Source: Syncephalis fuscata S228
Taxonomy: Eukaryota; Fungi; Zoopagomycota
Direction of reading: 5' to 3'
Assembly: GCA_025786725.1 (NCBI GenBank)
Contig: JAHLTZ010000016.1
Span: 62,001-126,000 of the forward strand
DNA length: 64,000 nucleotides
Of this stretch, positions 26,871-41,023 are shown piece after piece. Position 1 is the first letter of the stretch. Each line of letters opens with the position of its first letter. Position numbers and translations under genes: made by a program. The notes beneath the pieces were generated by a model. The model was not told the origin of the DNA. It did no database searches and was given only the letters and a program-made list of their open reading frames with translations.

Positions 26871-27305
26871 ATGGCGTCGATCGTTCGTCATTTAACACAA
26901 GTGAATGCCACGTTTCCTTCTTTGAATCGTACAGGTAAATCATGTCGGTAAGCTAGCACAGCATTGCAACGCATGCCTACAAAGCATTATTCTAAATCTA
27001 TTGCAAATAGCGTGTTTTTGACACGGATTATGACAGACGAAGCACGAAGCGAGAATCCAAAGTGTAAATTCCAAGTAAACGTAGTCGATGATTTGAAGCA
27101 ACTACCCAAACTCCAGGTCGTTTTCCGTAAGTACTATATAGTTAGTATAGTAAAATTAACGCCAAGAATTTATTATCATTGGTTATTAGGCGATGGTAAA
27201 GAATTTAATTTAATTACAAACACTTTAAAACCATCCGATATCCAAGATATAATAGGCAAACATGCGCGCAAACTACAAGAAAAAGCAGACGCCATGAATG
27301 GTTAA
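26871..27305 (+). CDS. MRPL44: Mitochondrial ribosomal protein mL53; 3 exons
   Basis: Spliced product MASIVRHLTQVNATF...CRVFLTRI...NPKCKF...PKLQVVFRDGKEF...KHARKLQ fits the mL53 family. Confidence 0.75.
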
Positions 27306-27441
27306 ATTAGCGCTATAGCAACAATAGCAACAATGACGATTTATAAAGCACTAGGCGTATAATTTCATTAACCAAATAAACAACAATTATACAATTTATT
27401 CATAATCACATATAATGTATTAGTATACAATGAAAGTAAAG

Positions 27442-27985
27442 CTATGCATCTTCTAATGGCTCTTTTGCAATTCGAAGTGTTTCGGCCACCTCTCGCGCAT
27501 CTCCTTCGATTACTTTACAAAAATGAGAAACCATACCAAGTTCCTAATAAAGCAAATATAGCAAGGATATACAACCAATTAGGCCGATTTGCGTATGCTA
27601 CAATCTACTAGCCTACCTTAATGGCGCCATTAAGTTTACTTGATAGACTTAACCATTGCTTTGTTAATTCAATAGTACGTGCTGTTTGGCGGTCAAGCTG
27701 ACTGGCTTGTTGTCGTAATTCTCGCTCATTAGCAAATAATTTGCCAACACTATTGGAATGAACTGTTAGTATGCTTATTCTACAGTTGATAATAAACTTA
27801 CCCAGCGTTTAAAGTCTCGGCTAGAGCATCTGTATAGTCGCCCAGTGCTGTTGCCGTTTCCTTTCGTCGCTTTTCTACAACAAACTATAAGTAAAAAGTA
27901 TGAAACGCCATCTATTATCACTACCGTTGTCTCTGCGCAGCTGAGTCTGACGCGCAGCATGTTCCTTGATAAGTTTTGCCGACAT
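27442..27985 (-). CDS. BLOC1S1: BLOC-1 subunit 1 (GCN5L1), multi-exon
   Basis: LIKEHAARQ...KRRKE...LNAGVGKLFANEREL...QWLSL...IKELG...IEGDAREVAETLR. Confidence 0.8.
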
Positions 27986-28256
27986 GACAAACAAAGATGA
28001 GCGTAATACTGAACAAAGTAAGTAAAAGTAGCAAGTTGAGTCGTATTAATTCAGAATGTACAATTATATTTTGTATCATTATTAATAAAATTATTTTATT
28101 TAAATAATAATGATCATTGGGCTTTAAACTAATTAATTGTTTAAACTGATATACTAACAAATGATAAATATGTTTATCGGCATTAAAAGCCAGCTATGTG
28201 TCGTATATTTCATAGATTATCATTACGATTATATTGTTATTATTGAGATTACGCTA

Positions 28257-29564
28257 TTAGTAGCGATAATACCACCAAAGTAGCAGGCCCACCGTGGCTG
28301 CAATAAGTATAAAAGAAATACCCGACATAATACGGTTAAGTAGCCGCCAGCGACGATGCAGCATTGCTCGATGTCGAAGTGCTTCACCGGTGCCTTGTCC
28401 AGCAGGTACACTCTCTTCCGGCTCTTTCCCCTCTTCGGAAACGGCCGCTGTCTCACCAGGAATACTAAGTAGAGCACCAATCCACCAAAGTGGACACAGA
28501 ATAAATCCAAAAGCGAATAGTAAAGCACCTGCCGGCATTTCTCTAGCAAATCGTCGCCGCAAATAATATTCTTCCTCCAAATCATCCGCATTGTAATCAG
28601 GCAATGGCAAATGAAGATACGGCGACGTATGAATAGCATCCTGAACCGAATGGGCATATATTTTGCCCGTAATATCGGTCATTTGCGTCATACTATCTCG
28701 ATAGTGTGAAGCAATACTGGGTGGAGCCCGGTGTTGATAATGATGTGCAGATGACATATCTTGAAATGACATAGGCATGCCTACTGACCCTCTATTGCTT
28801 CCACTATGGACTGACGAGGCAAATGATGAAGTTGACGATGCACGTGTATTGCGAGGCCGTTCAAACGTTTCAGGGGCCGCCATAGATGAAGGTGAGCCTG
28901 GTGTGGGCGAAAATGACCGTGTTATAGATGCACTGGACAGCCGATTACTTGCTTCGGCAGCCCGATTCATCACTGACTTTTTCAATAATGCCGAACCACC
29001 GCTATTGTTGCCACCACCACCACTTTGATTAAACGATACTTGTCGTTGTAGTCGCCGTACTGCCTCACTAGTAACAGCAATGTCTGCAATAGAGTCTGTT
29101 TCTGATTCTGAATGCCCAGATGAGCCTGATCGATCAGCCGCATCGTTGCTATTAGTATTTACAGCCTGATGATTGGCTGAATAGCTATTTAGCTCCTCTT
29201 GATCCATTGCTGCCGTCCCTTCTATATTATCGTCTCTCTCCTGATACTGCTGCTGTGTTGGATCTGGCTGATTGCTAGATGGCCAGGACTGTCGCATAAA
29301 TTCAAGGGTCATTTCCAGCTCCATCGAGCCAGGCATATAGTGCTCACTATGTGTCCCATGAGAGGCTACGCTTTCAGCCTGGCTTGGTTTACGGCGACGA
29401 GGAACAACTGCCGTGGTAGTGGCTCCATCCGCTACTACCCCATCTGACTCCATGGCATTCACAGCCTTTACTTCTATTGCTTCGTTATTACAAATTTCCT
29501 CTTTAGTATCGGTGGTCGGTGATGTCCAATGGCTGTCGTCGTTAGTGTGTCCGTTGGGTGACAT
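28257..29564 (-). CDS. Hypothetical protein, disordered N-terminus and two C-terminal TM helices
   Basis: 435-aa ORF; LLFAFGFILCPLWWIGALL and RWRLLNRIMSGISFILIAATVGLLLWW. Confidence 0.7.
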   Translation of the reverse strand: MSPNGHTNDDSHWTSPTTDTKEEICNNEAIEVKAVNAMESDGVVADGATTTAVVPRRRKPSQAESVASHGTHSEHYMPGSMELEMTLEFMRQSWPSSNQPDPTQQQYQERDDNIEGTAAMDQEELNSYSANHQAVNTNSNDAADRSGSSGHSESETDSIADIAVTSEAVRRLQRQVSFNQSGGGGNNSGGSALLKKSVMNRAAEASNRLSSASITRSFSPTPGSPSSMAAPETFERPRNTRASSTSSFASSVHSGSNRGSVGMPMSFQDMSSAHHYQHRAPPSIASHYRDSMTQMTDITGKIYAHSVQDAIHTSPYLHLPLPDYNADDLEEEYYLRRRFAREMPAGALLFAFGFILCPLWWIGALLSIPGETAAVSEEGKEPEESVPAGQGTGEALRHRAMLHRRWRLLNRIMSGISFILIAATVGLLLWWYYRY

Positions 29565-31001
29565 AAACTGCCACCGTTTTCAATTATCAACTCACAATAA
29601 AGCTTGCTCAATTTAATTGTATTTGAGCAGTGCCAAAGCAGTTGAATGCCAAATATTTGCTATCATGGAATAACAGTAATAGCAGCACTAATATTAATAC
29701 TAAGTTGATTTAGGTTACAAACAACGAGACAAACAAATGGTACGTTCTATTTCCCGTCTATTCCAGTAAAAGATGGCTGACTTGATGAGCGTAAGTAGCT
29801 GCTACACACGTGTAGAGATGTTTCTTCTATTGGCGGCCCGTAACGATGGCTAGATGGAAATGAGAATAAAAGCAGTAGCTACTGTCACCTTGGCAATAGG
29901 AATAGGCGAGTGGCAATAAGGTAATAATAGTTATATAGATGGTATATAGATGTATAGTAAATACAAGTAATAAGATTGCCAGGTGTAAAATATAGCTGGA
30001 AGTGTTAACTAATAGTGGCAGGAGTAATAGTAGTGTAAAAAAAGAATTGATAAAATCCCATGGACTGGTGTAATAAATAGTGTATTAGAACACAGTCTAA
30101 TACTTGAATGTAGCATCTGAAGTGCTTGTCTAAATATAACTGTTAATATTCATGTGTACAATAGACAATGATTTGTGTTGTAATAATTAGCAATTGTTTA
30201 GTGTTAGTAAATGTTGTATTTGTTTAAATCGACAGCTAATTATTTGCACTGGCTATAGAAGCATTGATATCATTTCTATATAGTGTAAATGAACCGCTGC
30301 TATAACTAATCTAGTCAATAACAGACTATATGTTACTGCGTATTTGTATTGCTTGAGTCTATATATTACTCTATAACAAACAATATATTGTAATATTTGC
30401 TAATTGAGCTGTATTCATGTTTATAACTATATTATTTACTGAATATATATTATGCAAGCTATACTATACTATAGCCAATAGTGTTGATTAATTATTTGGT
30501 ATTTGCATATTATTTGCCATTAACTTACCAAAAGTAATAACACTAAATTATTGTGTTTATTAATGTTAATTGTCGCTATAATGTCATTTAAATTCAAATA
30601 GTAAATAGTCATTAAATCATTTATACATTATTAAAGCACCTATATTTAATTAATTATTATAATAATGACTTGATAAAATAGAATAGTAAACATTTATTTA
30701 TTTAATTATGCTATTATTTACAATGCTGTATATTTTAACAAACAATCAGTAATGTCAGACAATTATTAAACGACTATTATATCATTTGTATTAGTTTAGT
30801 AGCTATATCTATAAAATATTAATTAAATAATTAAATACATATTAATAGCATTATTATAGATATAATTACAATGTATACATGTATGACAAAATAACTGATA
30901 AATACAAACAGTTTATTGTTGTAAAGACCAACACACGTGACTTTTGCAATACCTAAAGTTATTCTAAAGTATACTAATGCTGTCGGCAGCGGTCTCTTGT
31001 T

Positions 31002-33271
31002 TTAAGATGAAGTGAAAAGTAATTCGGTGTACTTGGGAATGGGCCAGATCTTATCGGATACGCGATGTTCAAGGAAATCGGCACTGGCACGGACCGCGGC
31101 CATCAATGGGAGAATGCGTTCACAAGCAGCGTGGCTTTGAGCAGCTGCCTCTTCAATCGCCGCCACCTCCTTCGATACTTCATCAAGCTCGGCCGTATCC
31201 TTTTGCAGCTTAGCGATGAATGGTGCCAATTCGTCAAGAATAACACGCTCTGGCATAAGTTCGCTACCAATAGTGGTAAGAGCGGCACAGGTTTCGGCCA
31301 ATGTCTTGCGGTATTCGAAGGCCGCTGGCAATACCATCGTGTTGATCATCGATAGCAAAGTACCTACTTCAATAAGCACGTCTTTGGCGTAGCGTTCGTG
31401 GAGAATGTGGTAACGTGAATGAAGTTCAGATTCGTTAAATACCTTCTGTTTAAGCAGCATATCACGATTGACATCAGCCAATAGCTGTTCAATGGCTACT
31501 GGTGCATTGCGAAGGTTTAGCAGGCCACGCTTTTCAGCCTCAACGACCCATGATTCGGAGTAGTTGTCGCCTTCGAAGCATACTGCTCGGCTGCTAGCAA
31601 TAAACTTCTTGATAACGGCCAATTTGTCAGCATCAGTTGGGTAGGGGCGGTCACCCATCTGTTCGCGCAACGCAGCAGATACTTCAGCAAGCGATGAAGC
31701 AACAGCTGTGTTAAGTAGCGTTACTGGGAAGGATGGCGACTGTTTGGAACCAACAGCACGGAATTCAAACTTATTGCCAGTAAAGGCGAACGGTGAAGTA
31801 CGATTACGATCGGTAAGATCACGGGCAATGTTAGGCAGTGTTGATACCTTCACATCGAGTACACGGCCACCAAGCTTGATGGTTTGAATCTCTGGACGTG
31901 AAAAGTTCTTTACTGGACGTGACTCTTCAATGCTGCGCAATACTTCGGTTAAATGCTCACCCAAAAAGGCAGAAATAATACCGGGTGGTGCTTCATTAGC
32001 ACCAAGACGGTGGTCATTGCTGGCCGATGAAATACCAGCACGCAATAGACCACCATGGACGTGGACGGCGTGAAGGATGGCCACCAAGAAGAGTAAGAAG
32101 CGGTAGTTGGTCTCTGGCTTCTCTGTTGGGTCGAGCAAGTTCTCGCCACGATCGGTAGACATGGACCAGTTACAATGCTTGCCACTGCCGTTAATACCGG
32201 CAAATGGCTTTTCGTGGAACAAAGCCTTTAGCTTGTGGCGATGGGCAACCTTGTGGATGGCATCCATCGTAAGCAAGTTGTGGTCGACGGCCAAAACAGC
32301 CTCTTCGAAGATGGGTGCAACTTCAAACTGAGCTGGGGCCACTTCATTGTGGCGTGTCTTGAGTGGTACACCAAGCTTGTAAAGCTCAAGTTCAACCTCA
32401 CTGATGGCCGATAGCACACGCGATGGAATCTTACCAAAGTAATGGTCTTCAAGCTGTTGATGACGTGGCGGCAAGTTGCCAATCAATGAACGGCCACAGA
32501 TCTTTAGATCAGGTCGAAGTGCATACAATGCACGATCTACCAAAAAAATTCCTGCTCAGTACCTAGTGTAGTAAACACTTGGTTTACAATGCATGGGTGG
32601 CCGGGTGGAGCTGGGTCCAAAAGGTTCAATAGAGTGCATGCATTACGCGATAGAGCTTCACTGGAACGTAATAGCACAGTCTTCTCGTCAAGTGCGTCAC
32701 CGTTGTAGGAAATGAACACAGATGGAATGTAAAGCACAGCAGTACCGTTGACTTGCGGCTGAATGAACATTGGGCTGGTCGTGTCCCAAATGGTGTAACC
32801 ACGCGCCTCAAAGGTAGTGCGCATACCGCCAGAAGGAAAGCTAGAAGCATCCGGCTCTGACTGCAGCAATTCTGAGCCGTGGAACGTATCAATAGCGTGT
32901 ACGCCTTCACCCAAGAATGACGTATTCTTCAATGCCAAAAAGGCATCGTGCTTTTCAGCAGTAGTATCGGTTTGCGGCTGGAACCAGTGAGAGAAGTGGG
33001 TAGCACCACGGTCCATGGCCCAAATACGAACGGCGTGGGCTACGGCATCGCTAGTGGCTTTGTCGAGTGTTTGACGCCCACGCATTTGTCTTAAAAATGA
33101 CGCAAATACCGATTTGGGCAGCGCGTTGGCCATATCCTTTAATGTAAATACATTACGGCCGTATAATTCCGATGGATAATATGGCTTGCCATCGGGGCGT
33201 TGTGGGAACGCGCGGATAGTATGGTCGCGCGATACCGAGGCAATAATGGCATTTTTACGTTGATCCGCCAT
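31002..33271 (-). CDS. glnN: Glutamine synthetase type III, intronless; split by an apparent 1-nt deletion at 32542-32548
   Basis: ATHFSHWFQP, AEKHDAF, EPDASSFPSGGMRTTFEARGYT, EQEFF/LVDR, HNEVAPAQFE, HEKPFAGINGSGKHCNWS, HRLGANEAPP, DRNRTSPFAFTGNKFEFRAVG. Confidence 0.94.
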
Positions 33272-33543
33272 GATGGAGTGATAATCGATGATAGGAAGGG
33301 AAATTGGCGATAATAAACAGAAAAAGCGCGTCAGCTAACAAGGCGAATAGAGGAATGGCTAGTAGTAGTAGTAATGAAGATGAGTATGTTCTTGCGTTCT
33401 GTGTCGTCTCGTAGTCTGCTTCTTAAATAGTCGAATTGACCGCGTGGACAAGGCAGAACCTAACCGGTGACGTATGCACTTGACCAAAAAGAGATGGGCC
33501 AATGTAGCAGATTGATAGCAGAATCAACCAACAAGTTTGTAAC

Positions 33544-33567
33544 TGTGTGTGTGTGTGTGTGTGTGTG
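33544..33567 (+). repeat. (TG)n microsatellite upstream of the GSIII gene
   Basis: tgtgtgtgtgtgtgtgtgtgtgtg read directly. Confidence 0.9.
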
Positions 33568-34149
33568 GATGAATAGTATTGGTGACACTATGTGAGTGAG
33601 TGAGTGGGTAAATGAATGAATAAATGAGTGGTGGTCACAATAGATATACGTGTTGGGGTAATTAATGATGGGCGGTAAGACGATGTATATTTATATGTTA
33701 TTAAAGTGATACTGATCAGCTACATAATGTGAATTAAAAAAGGGAAATGGCCGTTGTGCTGACCGTGGGATAAAGGCGAGTGCACTCATCATACACTCAG
33801 TCTATTGAACTTCTAAGGTCAGCTTGTTTCGTTGCCGACTTATCGCCCAATCAAGCACCATTCCGCGTTCACCCTATCCTTTCATTGGCATGTGTAGAGA
33901 AATGGTTATTTGCTCACACTTCAGATATCCATCAGTCTAGATGGATAAAGGAATAAACAGTATTGCCTTGATCTTTTGTCACTATCCTTATTCATGAGTT
34001 GAGTCATTAATAGTCGCTGTTATTATTAGTATCATCTTTACTATCTTTACTATCTTTACTATCGCTGCTATCATTATAAAATAGTAATCTTTATTTATTA
34101 ATAAATGTACAAATAATTGGCTTGATTAGACGCGTTACCAAGAGACGGA

Positions 34150-37100
34150 TTAGCTGTAGAATCTAAGAGAGAGAAAGGTATGGTAAGCACACTTGTGTAG
34201 CAACTGCCTAATTGGCAATAATGAGGTAGTACTTACTTTTTGTTAATAAGAAAGACCAATAAATTAACATTGACTTTACAGGCACCATCAAATAAGGCTA
34301 ATACAGGCACATTATTAAATTGGGCCTGTAATAAATCTTCTAATCGTAATGTCATTTCACCACCCGGCAATTTGACACCGAGCATGGAGGCCACTACTGT
34401 AAATATGCCTGGCTCGTCCGATGAAATGGTTAGTGTGATGCGATCATAGTGTTTAGGACTGTGTTCATCAATGGAGATAAGCACGCCTTTTTGATAAAGT
34501 TTATCGGCCGAGTACACGTATGAGCCGAATTTTGGTACTCGTCCTGTACGTTCCAGATCTTTAAGATGAAAATATTGTCGAGTGAACGGGAAGGCACGTG
34601 CTTTCTTTGACTTGTGTGTAAATTGAGCCATACAAGCATTAATGTAGTCAAGGTAGGATTGCTTTTGTTCTTCTAAATAGCGGGCCTTTTCTTGTAAATG
34701 GACCTGTGTATCGCGTATTTTACGCAATTCTTCGCCGCGTTGTACACGTCGTCGGTGTTTATTGCGGATATCGGTGGCAATAGCATTGACCATATCTTGA
34801 TAGTCATTGTCACGTGTTACTTTGCCGAGTGCTTCTAATTTCTCCAAGTTTTGACGAGCCAATTGTTTTAATGCTGCAAAACTAACACTGATAAATACAT
34901 GAATTAATAAATAGAATATTGGTATTATAGATTACTATAGTATAGCTATTATATTTATTGACTTACCCTGTAATGTTCATAAGACTGTTACGGTTGGTGC
35001 TAGGTCGTGACATGGCCGCCTTACGAGAGCTTCCTTTAATCGAAGTTGCATGTACTGTTGTTCTTCCCATTGAGTTACAGGTCGATCAATAATATCAAGT
35101 AGTGTACGCCCTGATTGGATACGGATAATATAGAGCAAATAGCGTTTTGTTTCAAAGAACAAGTGCTTAATCTCAGATTCACCATCTAAAAATAGCATTT
35201 CATAATAAGTAATCGATTGCCAAGCCATGATGTCATAGTAGTAGTACTTACCTGAAATGTTCATAACACGAGGTGTTAGTTCAAGCGCAATTTCATTGCC
35301 ATGTCCGGCATCTTCATGAGCCGGTGGATGTCCGAGTTCTTGTAGAATTTCTCTTAAAGGATCATGAACATCCGGTGCCTGATAGTATAGAATAGATATC
35401 CATTAGTATAATCATTATATTACAAATTTAGTCAAGTATAGCCATCTGGCTATCTAATGGTGTATTTATTGCAATTATGCCCATTACTACTTACCAAAGT
35501 ATCTAAATGCGTTTCAAGCATTTCATGGATCGAGTACAATTCATCTTCTGAAATAAATATGGTAGGCTTTGTTGTATTGGTAAGATCCTGGAACTCATCC
35601 ATAGAGAAATGAGCCTCAGGATCCTGTACTTGTGTAACTATACAGTTCATAGTCAATTAATCTGCCATTTGTAATATGAATAATACTTACCAGCCAGTGA
35701 ATATTGCGCAAACTTCTCTGATGTAAAGGCAACATAATTGTTTAATGGCTGTAAGAAAATATTGTCATCGGCAAACATCTTGCCCATTGATACTTGATTA
35801 AGCATTTTAGCAATCTAGTTAATTAAAAATCGCGTTAACAATGGGTCACCTTTAAATAACCTGCTACTTACTTCGGCGAGATTCTTTCGCTGTAAAGGTG
35901 ATATCATCATTTCAATAACATCAAATGATTCAGGTGCACTAGCAATTATTGCTATTATATAAGCATCATTGTACATTATAAATCATTTAACTTACATAAT
36001 AGCTGGATTAATATAACGATAATAGACCAAATGGCCGACAATCTTCATAATGGCCGTTTCACGTTCGTTAGGGAATTTGCGCTAATTATATTTATGATTA
36101 TTAAATTGTCATTTATAGTTATTTATATTTATGCCTACCATGAGTGCTTCTTTTAATTCACGGGCAATTAATCGAATACCAAATGGCATAGTATTTAATG
36201 AAGAATGAATACGATTAATAAACCGTTCTGTATGATCTCGTAATTGTTGTAAATCTAGCGTATTTATATTGATACAACATTAGTATGTTACTCTATTGGT
36301 CAACTATCAATCACCTACGTCGAATAAGCGTTGATCGAGTTTCTGGATCGGTTAAAGCATCTTCGCGCTGTACATCATAAGGACGTTCACTGCGTACACC
36401 AGTACGAGACTCTTCTTCTCGAATCAAACTACGATAAATCTACAATATGAATGTTAGTATTAACTACAATCTAACTAACTATTTATTACTTACCACTAAT
36501 GGATCAGACTCTAAATCCAATTCTGGATTTTCAACTACTTCACGAATTAATGGCTGCAATAAGTCGCGAAGATATTTGCGTTCTTTGCACCACTACAATA
36601 CAAAAGGTCAGTTTATCTAATATCAGCCATATGATTAATAATTACCGATTATAATGAATGGCCAGTTTGATAAATACAGGATTACCACGAAGGAATTCAG
36701 ATACTTCACTAATACTATCAATTTCAATATTGATGGCCGTCTAAATAACAAACATATAAGTATATACATTACACATAATTATAATGTCACTATTTAATTA
36801 CCTGGAATAGCTTTAATAGCAAATATTCTTCTCGTTGATTTTGGGCAAACCCAATAAACTTAGCACAACTGTTTCAATAAACTTCTTGGCCCATTCATTG
36901 GTACCGCGTTGATTCATAATAAATAGCAGTTGGCCTAGGTAGTTGGGCCGGGTCTGCAATAAATAGAATAGCTCTTGGTAGCTGCTTAGTCGTTGTCGGC
37001 TTGACTTGTCCAAGCTGCCAAGCATTCGACTGGCCAATTGTGCATCATTTTCAATCTTGTAATGACGTTTGCTAGCCTTGATAACTTCTTCCAATGAAAT

Positions 37101-39330
37101 ACGGTTACGGACAAGCAATGCAATCTTGACATCAAGATCATTAAGAATCAATTCAGTTTGGTGATTTTCTCGAATCTTTTTCACAGCTTGTTGACGTAAA
37201 CGCTCCAATTCTACACCATAAATCATAAATAACGTGTTGTATGGAATATAATAGCCATTACTTACCAAGTTCATCTTCAAAGTCTTGTTCACTATCATCC
37301 AGTAAATGAACAAAGTTCTTCATGGTGTGGATAGGTGGATTTTCACCAAAAGCTATTATAGAATTAGTATTAAATAATATCTCGTAAACAGTCGAATGAC
37401 TTACTTAGATTTCGATAAGCCCGGTTGGCCAATTTAGCCCGGAACAGGCTTTGAATCTTTACAACCTTATCAACATGGCATATATAGTGTTCTTCTTGTT
37501 CTCGTTGTGCTTTGCGTACTAATGCACCACGCACCAAAGATTGTATCTGTTATGACAATTAGCTATATGTGCATGCATTGTCTATCTATATTTCACCACT
37601 GTCTACCTTAATTGCTGCCTCTTCTTCCTCTTCACGCTGCTGTCTCATTTTTTCAAGACGCTGACGTGCCAAAAGACCACGTGCCTGTGCTTGTACGCGC
37701 ACAACCAAATCATCATGTTGGTGCAAATCTTCTTTTCGAGCAGTCATTAATTTGCGTGCCTTCTGACCTCTAGTCAATGCTTGTAATTGAACAACCATAT
37801 TCTCTTGGCGACGCCATGCTGCTTTACGTGCCTCTTCTTGTTGACGCGCCTTCTGGCCTTTGGCCAATGCTTGTAGTTGAACAACCATATCTTCTTGACG
37901 ACGCCATGCTGCTTTACGTGCCTCTTCCTTTTGACGAGCCAAATAGCCACGTGCCAATGCTTGCAAGCGTTCAACATCAAACGATTGTTGCTTCAATGTC
38001 TCCAATTGACTCGTATGTTGTTGTCGTGCCAAATAACCACGTGCTAATGACTGTAGATTGACAAACTGCATTTCTTGTTGTTTTATCTCATTTTTGCGAT
38101 GCAATTCCTTTTGACGCGTTAAATATCCGCGAGATAGGGCTTGTAGGTTGATTAGGTCGCCCATACGACCCTTCCAATTCAATTCCCATTCTAATATATG
38201 TCAGTAGTCAATTGGTCAGATTAGTTACTATTTACCTTCTTCCTCAGATAATTCCGGCTCTGGTTCTGGTTCTTTTAATTCTCGCGACAATTGACTACCA
38301 ATATTACTGAATGCTGGCATAGCAATTTTAGACAATGCCAACTCTTTCTGCGTGGCCAATAGCTCAGCATCTATCAATCATTCAAATTGATATATTAGTC
38401 GACTATTATAGCCACGTATTAATCACTTACCCGTAAATTCAAGTTTACCAACTAAATTCTTAATATTAGGAGCACGATTTCTACGGGCTAATAAATGACT
38501 AATAAGTATATCCATAGTATTAATTATTTAATTATATTACTATTTAATTGTAGATTAATTACCTAAGAGCGTGTATACAATAAATAACCTTGGGGATGTT
38601 TTTTTTATCGTACAAGTCAGTCAATTCAAAAATAAACGACTAAAATAATATTAATACATTCATTAGTATACCAATTATAGTATATATCTATACATCATTA
38701 TTACCTCTGGCAATCCAATTTGTCTAATACCACGAAAAACATGATTTGCATTATCTGAATGACGAAATTGTAATTTAGCAGCCTATTAATGATCAGTTAT
38801 TAACGATTAGTCTTAATTATTACTCAATCACATATTTCTACATTTGTATTTACAAAACACTTTTTACTCACCTCAAAAATCTTTGGCACACAGTCTGGTT
38901 CAAAATGACGAATCAACTTGGCCAAAATCACACCATTTCGTAACTGTTCATCAAATGTGACAATGGGCGGCAATTCTTCATGAATACACGATTCAATCCA
39001 TCTATTAATCATATTGTAATTCGTATTTAACATACAACTAATTTATTCTATTTAATACTTACTCTTTGGCTTCACCAATATGACATAAATACTCATATGC
39101 TTGAAGACTTTTGCGTTCAAAGTCCATCCATGCACTTGGTCGGAGTAGTTGTGACTCACGTCGTCCACGATAGTCATGCTTTTGTAGCTTGATTCTACCA
39201 TGCATGCCTGTACAGTCCCGTATCAGTAAACCCGTTCACGCTACAACCACAAAGGCCATTTTTACTTACCAGTTACATCCTCGGCATCTTCAATAGTAAA
39301 GTTAAGGTCTTTGGGCAATTCAGGCTTCAT
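34150..39330 (-). CDS. IQG1: IQGAP (CH domain, IQ repeats, GRD, RasGAP_C); many exons, 5' end uncertain; apparent 1-nt deletion near 36850
   Basis: YEYLCHIGEAKEWIE, LRNGVILAKL, LYDKKNIPKVIYCIHAL, QALARGYLAR repeats, YYRYINPAI, FGSYVYSADKLYQKGVL, VNVNLLVFLINKKFY. Confidence 0.93.
37760..37965 (-). repeat. 90-bp tandem coding repeat (30-aa IQ units) in IQGAP
   Basis: caatgcttg recurs at 37775, 37865 and 37955; EEARKAAWRRQE(D/N)MVVQLQAL duplicated. Confidence 0.85.
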
Positions 39331-40315
39331 AGTCGACTGATGGCCAGTTAATTTAGCTGTAGTCCCAAAATATACCAAGAAAGTAGCAATAAAGCAGTAG
39401 AGACTCCCGGGTGGGTTGATGACAAAAGACTAGGCAATACCAGTAGTGACTGGGCACTACCGACTAACTACCTAATTAGCTAGTTAACCAGTTAGTTAGA
39501 AGGACAAAGCAAAAGAAGAAAAGGGAGAGGGCCAGTAAAGATAACAAGTGTAGCAAACCAACAGCAACAATAACAGTAGCCGCAATAGCAAAAGGCTTTT
39601 AGACCAATAGAGCTGTATGTTAAAGTAGCCAAGCCTCACAACAAAAGACGACTTTAATCAACAGTGACAGCGAGGATAGAAAAAGATAATAAAAAGGAAA
39701 GCTGTCTTCAAGACGGTAAATACACAGAAAGAGTAGGCACACAAATAAACAGAGAAAGGAAAGCGATATCAATGGAGAAATAATTAGGACACAGAGTAAT
39801 TCCCGCAACCGGCAACTGAATAAACTGATAAATACCGACACTGCGTGTAGAATCCTCGTTGAACAATATGGAAAGAGAAAGAAAGAACACGGTTAGTAAA
39901 CTGAACGTATACGAGTGAGGCAAGTATGTTTGTGTTGCAGTGGCATCATCGTCATTATCAGTGCTCCAATGGCCATATTGTTGACGTGGCCATCATGTTA
40001 AACATGCTGCATGGTCAGCTGCCTCAATCAAACATTATTCCGTTATGACGATTTATTATAGACCATTCTCGGTCATCCAGTCACTATTAATATATGATGA
40101 CCATTCCTATTGTTTACTGCATGGCATTTTCTTCTCTCTCTCTCTTACTTTCTTACATCACGTGACGGGAAAATAAAAGCTATTTTTAAACATTATTCAT
40201 TCATTCAGTGCATCGTCTATTTCACTGTGTGGCGCGTAGATCATTTTAAATACCACCAGCTTTTATTTCTTTTTGGTTTTCCACGTTTACGGTATACAAT
40301 CAACGACCAGGCAGC

Positions 40316-41023
40316 ATGTGGTGCCGATCGTTGCGTGGTATAACTGCTATACGCGCTGGATCGTATATACAGCGCACTGTCCAACCAGCACGTTTATTTA
40401 GCGATCATACACGAACTGACGTGCCGGAATCAGATCTTGAATCATCGCAAACGACCGCCAATCTCACCACCACTGAAATACTAACGAAAACGCTTAAAAG
40501 TCTTGATACAAGAATAGAAGCAAAAAGGCGTGATCTAAATGCTTCTTCTAACTACCCATCAACGACCCTTAATAGCAATATAAATGCCAATAATCCATAT
40601 GGTGTTAGTGATTATCGAGGTCGTGATCCATTAGGTGCATCGGCCACATCAGCATCATCAGGCTCTGATTTTGTTCTACATATGCTACATGTCAATGCTA
40701 CACCTAATAATACGATTATTACGCTGACCGATAATAATGGTCAAGTATTGATTAATTGTAGTGGAGGTACGGCCGGTTTCCGCAAGGCACAGCGCAGTGG
40801 ACCTGAAGCAGCCTACCAAGCAACACAGCAACTCGTAAATAAAGTATCAGAACGCGGTATTAAAATTGCCGGCCTTCATTTGAAATTGAATGGCTTTGGA
40901 CCAGGCCGTGAAGCTGTTTACCGAGCACTCCGTGTGGTATCTGACTGGGAACTAGTGCGTATATCAGATGCAACACCTATACCATTCAATGGTTGTCGTC
41001 CTCGTAAAAAGCGTCGTCTATAA
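40316..41023 (+). CDS. MRPS18: Mitochondrial ribosomal protein uS11m
   Basis: LHVNATPNNTIITLTD, GTAGFRKAQR, GFGPGRE, DATPIPFNGCRPRKKRRL; presequence-like N-terminus. Confidence 0.93.
   Translation: MWCRSLRGITAIRAGSYIQRTVQPARLFSDHTRTDVPESDLESSQTTANLTTTEILTKTLKSLDTRIEAKRRDLNASSNYPSTTLNSNINANNPYGVSDYRGRDPLGASATSASSGSDFVLHMLHVNATPNNTIITLTDNNGQVLINCSGGTAGFRKAQRSGPEAAYQATQQLVNKVSERGIKIAGLHLKLNGFGPGREAVYRALRVVSDWELVRISDATPIPFNGCRPRKKRRL

Noticed and set aside
32537-32550. Programmed ribosomal frameshift in GSIII at a U-run
   Set aside because: Six other genes in the window show the same one-base deficit, so assembly error is more parsimonious.
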